Assembly: GCF_000143415.4 (NCBI RefSeq)
Contig: NW_003314264.1
Coordinates: 1,807,710-1,871,709 of the forward strand
Direction of reading: 5' to 3'
Length of the DNA stretch: 64,000 nucleotides
Source: Selaginella moellendorffii
Taxonomy: Eukaryota; Plantae; Lycopodiophyta
Shown here piece by piece: positions 1 through 10,600 of this stretch. Both the position numbers and the translations under genes were made by a program. The stretch's first letter is position 1. Every line of letters starts with the position of its first letter. The notes below the pieces were generated by a model. It saw only the letters and a program-made list of their open reading frames with translations, did no database searches and was not told the DNA's origin.

Positions 1-2999
1 TTGCAAGTTTATTGTCCTCTGCAGGTTTCAGTGATGATAGATAGTGGTTCAAATACGTATTATAAACTCATCTCAAACTTCATTCCATACTTAGTTGGCT
101 TTAAAATATTGAATTATGATGTTTGCGTTTTAAAGGCAAAACAGCTAGAATTCCATGTATAAGGATATTCATCAATTGAAGGGTTGTGATTTTCTGAAAT
201 TAGGGTAAGGCTCTGTCTACAGTTATTGTTTAAAGTTGAATTAAGTGACACACTTTCACCTCAACTTTATTCTACGAGTAAGTTTGTCCCAAACGGATAA
301 TTTTTATAGCCAAGTTTAAGAGTTTTAAAAGTGGATTTAAAAGCTATTGTCCCAATCTTCAAATAGTTTAAGGTGAGAATCTTTTTGCTACAATCAACTT
401 TAAATCCATTAAATCCTCTCCCAAAATTTATTGCTTGGGAAACAAAACCAAATATATTAGTGTCATTCCATCTTTAATGCTTAGTGGATTATCTCGAGAA
501 CTCCACAAACAAGAAGTTTGGGCTTTTTAGAAGATTTTATAAGAGCCAGTTTACATGTGTTCAACTCTTGGAGTAAACTTCCCTCCTAGAGTAAACTTTA
601 CTTCAAATTATATATGTTTATATCATCTTTAAATTTCAGCTATGCAAAACATTAATATAATATGACTTGTCATAACCAATTAGGGAATAACTCTTGGTGT
701 GGCCAAGATCAACAAGAGAAAGCTCCTCATGGTTAGATTGTAAATTATCATTACACTTATGGAAGTAAGTGCAACTCTAGTTGCTTTCTTTCTAGGAGAA
801 GAGTAGAGAATATGATGCAAAGGTCTAGCTTTTTCACGCTCTATTGTGAGATATTCTCCATGTTCTTGTTCTTGAAAATCTTGCTCTAGCACTCTTTGCA
901 ACTCATATGATCAATATAAGAAAATTAGTGAGACAGAAACTAGGAGATTTCTCTATCAAGCCTAAATCTCTTTATTGGTGGTACCAAATGGAAATAGAGG
1001 TTTTGAAAATTGGTCTTATGCAATTCCAAGAAGTGTTTTACATTTTTATAAGGACTTTGATATACTTTTGTGACTTATTAGGAGATGATTTAAAGACTTC
1101 ACCTCCAACCAATCTTAATAATATTCCAATAAAGGCTTATTCCAATATTTAAGTAGATTCTAGTTTCTTTGAAGAGGTTGGTGATATGTGATTATTGACA
1201 AACTATTGGAGATAGTTTTGGGAAGGCATCATCTATTGTTTGAAGAAGTTCTCTATTACTTTGATCTACTGTTGCGAATGTTATAAAAAATGAAGGATCA
1301 ATTACAAAAATCATTTTCTCCTCTTCGAGGGATGATTTAGCAATGAAGGGTGACTCATTGCTCATGTTTATATCATGCAATTAAAGTTTCTATTTTGATG
1401 TATATTGATTATGATGGTCTTATAAGTGGTAAGTTGTGAGATGGAAAGCAGTGAAGTGTTAAACCATTTTACTTAGACTTGCTATTAAAGACTTGGGTTA
1501 TAATGCTTAATTCTTTTTTAGAGAACTTTGTTATTGCACCTTAAGTAGTTTGGTATTAAATTAATTTTGAATTTGGACGGAAATAGAGTGACATGAGCTT
1601 GTCTACATTGTGAATGAAGTTAGTAGTGTTAAGTGTCATAAATCACTATCGATGGGGTGTGGCATTTATATTGCATTTTGTTGAATTGAGTTGGCACTTG
1701 ATACTTATATAAACCTTTATACTAGTGATATAAATGTTATTTATGGTGTTGCTCGATTAATGATCAAATCATTGTGATTTTTATATCATTTCCTAATGAT
1801 CATGAGTAATGTGTTTACAAAGTTGTTTAGTTAAACAATGATCAACCCCAAAGTGGTTAATGATGAAATAAGTCTACTTACATGTAATAGCAGTGAAGTA
1901 GTTTTGGTTAAGTTCTCGATGATAATCCATTATGCTAAGCTTAAATTGGTGCTTTAGTTTCCTTGAGAGTTTGCCCATTGAATGTTGAAAAAGGTTATAG
2001 GATTCATTTGTTATAGCTTGTTAGTAAATTTATTGGCACTTAGAGTAAATTATTGAATGGTGAAAGTGTGTAGTTGAGATATTGATATTGCTAGCACTTA
2101 GTGTTAGTGGAAGTGGCATTATTATGTCAAGTGAAGAGGAGTTTTCCTTAAAGCTTGATTTTTATATTATTTTTTTGTTAGTGTTTTAGCTTTATACTGG
2201 ATTTTAAAGATGATTAAAGAAGAATGTTAGTGCAAAACAAATATTTGAAGATATGGTCTTTGTGATTGACTTTTGGGTATTAATTTGCATTTTACGGATG
2301 TTGCTGTTAGATATTGAAAATATGGGCATGATGTTCAATGTTTAAACATACTATTAAGTTCTAAGAATTTATATTGATGGAAACTTATGTGAAGTTATAG
2401 GTAGGAGGAAGTTGATTAAGTTTTGAGAGTTTGTATTCCTAAACTGAGAGTTATTCTTTCTTGAAAATGAAAAATTTCCACAAATTTTTATAAGCTTTTC
2501 CAAAGGCCAATCTATTAATCATTTTGTTCGAAAACAATTCTGTTTTTGAAAGCCATTATAAACCAATAAAGGGGTTAGAGTTGATTTATATTAGCTTAAA
2601 CTTTAGTAAGTAGTTTGTATAATGCAATCTGAAAATGATGCTAATTTTTGGGGCTAATGCAATTGAGTTGGATATAATCTGGAGTTGGTATAGAAAAGTG
2701 GTTGTTGCTTTTCTAGAAAGATGGCCCTTCTTTTGTTGCGTTATGCTTGGTGGCAAGTTGTATATATAAGTTTATCTCATAGTCTTCACTTTAGATTCAA
2801 CTGAATGTTGATTATGCATAGCTAGCCTTTTCAAAGCATGCTTGGTTAGATGTGTTGGTGAACTTATTGTGGTTTAATTGGATTTGAGAGATCATTTAGT
2901 CCATGCTTGTCTATGTTTTTATATGTTGTATCTGGGGTATTATTTTCATGTTGGACAAATATATGACTTGATGACATGAGTTTAGTGTTTGGGTCTTGT
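1..2999 (-). pseudogene. Heavily degenerate, AT-rich Ty3/gypsy gag-pol relic
   Basis: Minus-strand fragments resemble the protease-RT linker (LLQTIDDAFPKL, 1192-1380) and the RT end (LQRVLEQ...YL...EK; MRSFL, 680-901), with many stops. 1300-2999 is clearly homologous by eye to 59000-60876. Confidence 0.5.
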
Positions 3000-3562
3000 T
3001 GTCGCGAATGTGACTTTGGGTATCGAAAGTTACATGTCAACCAATCCTTATGGACTCTCTTTCCTTACAGCCACGATGGCAGAAGGTCGGTATTGCTGGA
3101 CCCTTTGTCAGCCCCTCTTGTTCAAGTGTTAGTAAACTAGACTTTGCATCTGTACTTGGCCGAATGAGCATAAGAACGGAATTCCTAAGTGTCCATTCAG
3201 CCAAGCATATTTGGCCTGGCTTTTTAGTTCTCTTTTGCTCTATCTTGCACTGGCTTGACAAGAACCCTCACATATTAAGATTAGTCCCTCAATATTGCTG
3301 GATGATAGCTTACCGTGTCTGCCAAACACCCTCACTATCATGCCCTTTATATTAGTCTCATTCCGGTCCCAAATGTTATTTATGAAAAGTGTCTAAATTT
3401 GCTCATTTGGCATATCTATGGAATGTAGAGATTGGCCTAAACACTATAGTGTTCATCCTGTGTCCAAATTCGCATTCTAGCACCATTCCATATTTAGTAA
3501 GTTTCAAGCTTGTCCCAGAGACTAACTCCTGATACTAAGGGCGGGTTGGGGTGAAAGCCCAA
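3000..3562 (+). repeat. LTR of host element H, left part (split by element G)
   Basis: Homology to 59000-60876 stops at 2999, followed by TG (tgtcgcg). Ends in GGTGAAAGCCCAA, which continues after 57043 as in related LTRs. Confidence 0.55.
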
Positions 3563-3567
3563 AGTGT

Positions 3568-4737
3568 TGTAAGCCATAAATTTTTCCTTTCCGATTTGCC
3601 AGCTTACCTCGTCTATCCAACCAACACTGCCTTGGCTTGTGCTAAGTTCCCTCGCTAAGGTTTTCGCCTATGGTACCAGCTCCTACTTGGTTCTACTTAG
3701 TTTCAGCTACTCACTACATGAGCAACGGAGTGTTAGCCATCCATCTACAGTATCCCAAATCTCTCCCAATCCCCCTCCCCAAGTTAGACTAGACTTAAGG
3801 TTCGGCTACACTCTCCGCAGGCACAAGCAGCTAAGCACACCAAGCCTCCAGGTTCCTAACACCCCTTGGTACCACAAGGCTTGATCATGGGACCCTCTAA
3901 ATCCCAAGCCTTGGGTGCAGCACTTGCTTCGGGACGTCGGGGTGAAACACCGTGGCCTAACGGCCCGGTATGGGTACCTCTACCCCCCCACTTCCATCCC
4001 GAAGGGAAGGCCCAAGCCCCTAGGAAGGGCGAGGACCAATGAGCCACAAGGTACTCAAGTGGGGCACCACTCCACATGAGCCAGGAGCACCGCAGTTGGT
4101 TTCCCTTTCGGGAGTGGGAGCTGCTCTTGAGCACTTCCCTGGGTGGCCCCTCCGGCACCACCCAAGCCCATGCTCACTCCCACCCAAGGCCCCTCGGCCC
4201 CAGTCTCAACCTCAAGTCAGTTTGGAAGCACCACTGGAGAGTTCTTTCAACACTGGTTCCTGGACCTCACTATCCCTACTATACTTTTGGAACCCCCTGG
4301 AGGGCCCCCCCCCCCCCCCCCCCTAGGAGACGCACGCTTTGGGCTTTCACCCCTTGACCCGTATTAGTACTCGAACTTAGTCTTTGGCTCGATCTCGGAC
4401 TCGATCTCGGATCCGACTTCGGATTCGGTTTCGGACTAGATCTCGGACTCGATCTCGGACCCGATCTCGGACCTAACCTTGGACTTGATCTCGGACTCGG
4501 TCTCGGACCCGATTTCGGATCTCGGACTCCGTCTCAAGCTCGGTCTTGAACTCGGTCTCGAACTCAGTCTCCGAGTCGGTCTTGGACTCGATTTCGAACT
4601 CTATCTCGAACTCAGTCTTAGAGTCGGTCTTGGACTCGATGTTAGACTTGGTCTCATTCGATGAACTCTTTATCATTTTGGTCAAACTTTTCGGGGCTCC
4701 TTTAGCCTAGGACATCTCGGCGAGTTGGTTCCTTACA
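3568..4737 (-). repeat. 3' LTR of G
   Basis: tgtaagcc...ccttaca; close copy of 55899-57038; contains a C-run and a degenerate ctcgga/gactcg hexamer array (4375-4655). Confidence 0.92.
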
Positions 4738-4751
4738 ACTCCACCACCCAT
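4738..4751 (-). promoter_or_regulatory. Polypurine tract of G
   Basis: ATGGGTGGTGGAGT on minus immediately before the LTR TG; same PPT as the non-autonomous family (24244-24257, 37780-37793, 41262-41275). Confidence 0.85.
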
Positions 4752-5174
4752 AGAAGAAGTTCGATGCCCACATCGAACGTCTCTTTTTTATCCTACGACT
4801 TGTTGACCATGTCTCCAGGGGCATCCCCCCATTTAGCGGTGTGCCTAAGTTAGCCTCCCTGGCCAAGAGCCCATGACAACCGAATATAGGTGTCCCTATA
4901 CTCCTCACCTCACCACGCCCTAGTATGGGGTCGGGACTTGAACCCAGCCTTGCTTTACTAGGGGGTTGGGACTCGAACCCAACCTCTGTAGAATACGTCT
5001 ACGGATTCGACATCCCCGCGGGGAGTCAGGCACAGTGCCCTACGCCTGGTCGACCTAGCTAACCCATGCTAATTAGCTTACCTTCGGCGCGCCTTCGGGT
5101 CCCAACATATGCCACTTGCTCAACTTTGCAAATTGATATTTTAATTGAACTTTGCATAAGTACATAGAGTTTTG

Positions 5175-5822
5175 CCTTGCAGAAATTCCTCCACTAGATC
5201 TCGCGCGTTCGCTAGGTTCTCCTCCGGTTCCCATATTGCCTCGCAGTGTGGAAATCCTTTCCACTTCACATGGAACTCTCTCACCTCGCGTCCTTATCGC
5301 TTGCTCTTGCGCGTATTGAGGATGGCCTCGACTTCGTATTCCTCTTCCCCTTGGATAACCTCAGGTAAAGGTCTTACTTGGTCCTTGCGAAGTGGATCCT
5401 CAAAGTACGGCTTGAGTAAGTTCACATGGAACACTGGGTGTATCTTCCCCATCTCTCGAGGAAGTCGGAGTCGGTAAGCCACTTTACCGATTCGTGCCTC
5501 AATCTTGTAAGGCCCCGCGAACCTGCTTAAGGAACTCAAGATCAATTCATTTGCAGGAATACATGCATTTTTACCTTTGGGTCAACTTTCGGCTGATCCC
5601 ACTTGGTAGCCTGAGGTTCTTGGTGTTCAGCCACACCTTCTCCCCAGCTTGGAACTCCACGTCCCGGCGCTTCTGGTTCGCGTACTTGGTTTGCCTTTGT
5701 TGAGCCCGTTCCAAGGAATCCCTCACTAGATTCCAAATGTTGAGTCTTTTCGCCGTGAATGCCTCCACCGCAGGTAGCTCTCCATGATACTCGGCCACGC
5801 CGAGTTCCACAGGACCTTCAAT
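5175..5822 (-). pseudogene. pol: Integrase C-terminus and chromodomain of G
   Basis: AQQRQTKYANQKRRDVEFQAGEKVWL; RFAGPYKIEARIGKVAYRLRLP...IHPVFHVNLLKPY; EEEYEVEAIL...*...VKWKGF...WEPEENL. Contains a frameshift and a stop. Confidence 0.9.
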
Positions 5823-6382
5823 TAGCGCGGTGACTTTGTGTCCAGACTGAGTCCATCTGGTTGTATAATAAATCTCATTGTCAAGGTGAACAAGCCGAAT
5901 CTGAAGCTAAAGAAGAGCGATGGCATGCACGCACACACTATTTGTTTGTTCATTGAGCGTGTGGTGAGCTTTCCAAGATGAACGTCATTCCTATTAGCCA
6001 GACATATAACTTAATGGTGAGAACATTTAGATATTATTCAATGTTATCTTTTTCTAATGAATCTAATTGTGAAGGTGTAGCAAGAGGCATTGCTAGTCTA
6101 GAGAAGTCATTTAACTCATTTGACCCTTAGTGTATTTTCATGAAACTAAATAACATTCATATTATTAAGGAATTTCTCTAGTACCTTTTTCTTACGACAT
6201 AGAGGCTTGCATTTCTTTCAAAGGTGATTTAGTAAAAGGCCTGAGGGCACATGCCATTCTATTTCTCAGACCGGTATTAAGATATAATAGTGTAAAGGGC
6301 CACATGCCATCATGCCTCCTCTGATTTAGATTCGGATTGTTCACCTTGAAATAAAATACATTAGAAACTTAGTAAAGGAATA

Positions 6383-7206
6383 TTAATGAATCTCACTTTG
6401 AACCCGGGTTATGAATGCTCTTGCTGCATCTCTTGCATGGTCTGGCAAGGTGATGGTGGCACTCTGCTTCCGCATCCAACCATGCACAACATTATCCACC
6501 GATATGCTCATACTGGGATCCCTTGGATTCAGCACCCATCTCTTTTCTAGGCAATCCTTCGTATATCCGAAACTTGGCTTGAACCACTCCACAGTTACAT
6601 TGAAGGAGTTAGTTTCCGCGTCCTCCTCTGCATCAGTGATGCAGCGCCCCACCCATATCATTTGTTTTTTATTACTGGGTTTGACAAGCACGACCATTCC
6701 TTTGCAAACCTGTACTGGATTGAATGCTGAATCCGGCTTCTTGTTCCTCGGCCCACAATAGTGATCCTCAACATCATTATCTGTCACTGCATTTCCAGAG
6801 GACATTGTTCCACTACTATTTGGTGCTCTGGGTTCTAGCCAAAAGGACTCTTCCAATTCTTCATATACAACCGGCCCATTTTGGATAGCAGATATAATCT
6901 TCTCCCAGTATTCGAGCAAAGGCTTGCACCTCTTAAAATAGGATTCTCCACCAAACACCAACCCCCTCTTCCAGAAGGCAATATGCTGTCTAATCCCGGC
7001 AACTATACTTTCCTGGTCTTTGAGTCCATCCGGGTGCATCGGCTGTGGGGAACCTTGAGGAATCATAGGTTCCCCAGTTATGGGATCTCTCTTGAAGAGT
7101 TTAATGCCGTCCACTGGCAGCCACACTGTGTCCCATTCTCTCATCTTGTACCTCATCACTGGAGCACCGTCACGCATGCTGAAATGAAACTGAAGAGGCT
7201 TGGAGT
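6383..7206 (-). pseudogene. Transposase of copy A, C-terminal piece (BAH/Tudor-like tail)
   Basis: Continues in frame from 20532 once copy B and one GAGT are removed (ETLIGH|SKPLQFHFSMRDG, as in copy C). Confidence 0.9.
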
Positions 7207-7648
7207 AAGCTCTATTTCGTTAAAGTGGGAATTGTCATTATCCCACTTGTAAAATAAGGTTTCCAAACCTTTATATAGTATATAAATATAACAAAATTCA
7301 ACTGCATTGAGGCACATGCCATTTTATTTTAAACAAGGAAATGTCTACTCAATCACTTCTCCTCCCCCTGCCACTGCTTCACCTCTCTCTTCTCCTTGTC
7401 ATCGTCGTCCAATTTCTTTCCATCCTTTTAATATTGGCTCAATTGCTCCGAGTCTAGGTGGAGCCCAAGTCCCCATTCAATCTTTACTTTCCCCTTATTA
7501 ATAAAACAACTTCGTAGACTTCCAATAACATGCTGTAACACTTCTAGTATAATGCAAATCCTCTCAAAGAATTGTCTTTTAATATTAATACAATGGCATG
7601 GAACCCCATGCCATAATAAGTTACATTTTTAAATAAATACATGCCATC

Positions 7649-10600
7649 TCAGACTGTTATTTTTTGCCTCCAACGCCTATACAATAATCTTGGAATTTCA
7701 TCACTCTCCACACTATCAGGATTTAAACCCAATAGTAATGCCATCTCTTCTCTAATACGTCCACACTCATGTTCAGTGGTCGAAGAACCCATCCGGTTGA
7801 GCAGATTATGGAGATGCGGATAGTGCTTGGCTAGACAATATACATGCCATAAATGATGACTGGTGTCTGTCCGATCAAATGGCTTCTGATATACCGTTCC
7901 ATCTGCCATTTGGTTGATTTCTGCAGCCACCTCCTGGACTGGCCGGTTCTCTATCACCATCGCTCCAAGCCGTTTTGCAAGGTCCCCCAGAACATACGGT
8001 TTCTTCTCCCTAGTTTCCATACTGCAAGAGATGGGGTGCACTGCATATGTGTGCGTGTTCGCTGCAGTTTTAATCGGCGAGTCATCGATGATGAGGATTT
8101 CACTTGAGCTAGCAGTCCGGTTCATCACTACAGCCTCTGGCTTGACGAAGATGGGCTTGCTACCCCTCACATGGACCATAGTCAAGCAATCCTCCTGCGT
8201 TAGGAGAAAGTCAAATGGTAATATTACTCGCGTCTGATCGTGCATCATCTGTAGCAACGTTAATGCATTGTGGCGCATCATGGATGTCCAAACTCCCAAT
8301 TGCAAATTGAACCCGGCCCTCTGTTTTAAGTGTCGCATGGTCATTATTAGATCCTGCAGTTTCTCCCGTGTGATTAATGTGAATCTGTCTCTTTTGACCA
8401 ACTTGCGACCGAAGGCTTTGGAGGGTGCAATGACATTCGAGGACGAGCCACGCTCATGGGAGAAAAGGACACCGTTCAGATCAAAAACGATACAGTACCT
8501 TCGCCGTGACTCTGAAATGAAATGCGTCAGCATAAAAAATGGTACAAGTCAATTTTACCATCTACAATATTAGCGAATGTTGCTCCCGATGGTCGTTGAG
8601 AGGGTTTTGGTCGAGGAAACGTGAAGGGCGGAAATACTCTCCTCTGCAATGTGGGGTCAATCGCATCCGATGGCGTGTGGGCACATGCCATTTCAGCTGT
8701 AGACTCTGGTACAACTGGCTCAACAGTGGCATGGGGTGGTTCCGATGGCGTGTGATCACACGCCATTTCAGCTGGTGCCTCCGTTGGCAAAGTGGACATG
8801 ACCGAACAGGCAGTAGGGGCGGTGTAGGGAGGTTCCAACGGCGCGTAGTCAGACGATTGGGCATACGTTGAGTCCGTTGGAAATGAGGATACGACCGGCT
8901 CGGCGGCTGGGGCGGCCTCATGTGGGTCCAATGGCGCCTGGTCACCGTCAGTTGGATACGTGGACAAGATTGACGCAGTGGTATGGGCAGCATCAAGTGG
9001 AGCGTGGTCAGCTTGCTTGGCATTGATATGGATAGTAGCCTCCACCAGCTCTGATGACTCTTGCAGCCAAGTAGAGTCCACTGGCGGATCCATATGCATG
9101 TCCAAATATCTCCCTTCGATTGAGATGGTATCCTCCCGTGCTACTAAAAACAAACTCATTAGCACATTGAATCGACTATACTGTATTTACCATCAACTGC
9201 TATTGAGGAACTAGGACCGATATCACTTGAGCGCACTGCTGATTCTGAAGGATTGGACATACGTTTCGACCCTTGCTTGGCACTATCCTTCCTCAACACT
9301 AAAGGCTAGAGTTTGTAAATTCAACTGAATAATCTCTACTTACCATTTACTCTGCGACCTACATGGACAATTTTAGAAATGGTAAAAGGTTAGGAATGAA
9401 TGTATTATTATTTACCTGATGGTTTGTCTTGTATGACCTTCCTCCGCCGCTCTTTGGCCACCTCAGGCTGGCCATCGTCGTCATCATCGTCGTCGTCGTT
9501 ATTGTGATCGTCACCATTGTGAGGACCATCCAAGTCCTCTTCGTCCTCCTCTTCTTCGTCCTCCTCTTCTTTGTCCTCCTCTTCGTCCTTCTGCTCTTCC
9601 TGCTCATTATCTTTCTCTGGCTCCTCATCCCCCTCCTGCATTTCTTCCATAGGCTGCTCAGGCTGGATGGCTTGTTCTTCCAGGACCATCTTGGGAAAAT
9701 CATCTGGCCGAGTCTCCATCTCAAAATATAAGACATCCATAGCTTGTTTTAGTGCGTGACCTAGGACCGTATCCTCACCCGACTGTCTTAACATGGTTTC
9801 TGCACGTTCTTGCACCCTTCGAAGACGACGAGATGAGAAAAACGTGGCCCTGCCTTGAAAAGCTTCCCTCATCCATTGTACCTCTCCATTGAGATTGGGG
9901 AAGGGGAGTCCGCCATAGGAATCTGAGTCATGAGGTGGTGACTGCCTGCTTTCACTCAGCCCTTGATCTGCAATGAATGGCATGAGCACACACGCCATAA
10001 CCGCAAGGCATTACCTATCATCTTTTCGTTGCCCTTCTTCCTTTTCGAATCAAACGCCTCTGATCTCGACGACTGTCCAACGTGCTTTCGCTTTTTATGA
10101 CCACTGTCAGTTTGAGCTTGGCTGGTGCTTGCCTGTTTTGCCTTTGAAGAAGTTTCTCCTGCAAGGAATGGCATGAGACCACACGCCATTGCAAATATAA
10201 TTTGTACCTCCTTTTTTCCTATTGCTTTTCTGTTTGTCCTTCTTCGATGCGCCACCAGTGCGCTTTTCAGTCCTCGTGTCTGAATATTCACAACGATCTA
10301 TAATCAAAATGGCGTGAGGCCTCACGTGACCTTACCTTGTGCAGGTTGTGAGCTCGGCCCAACATGGGTATCTTCAACAGTAGCTGTTAACGCCGTTTCA
10401 GCATCTGGGGGTGGCCACGCTCCTGCATACAGAGCTTGTGAGATAACATTTAAACTTAAAGTGCGTACTCACCAGGTTCGCAGAGAAGATACTGTTTTTC
10501 TTTGGCAACTGTAATTATATGCTCCATTGAAGTCACCTCTTCAATGGAGTTTGTCACTGCAACACATAGGACACCCTTGAGTAGTGCGGCTCGAAAGAAT

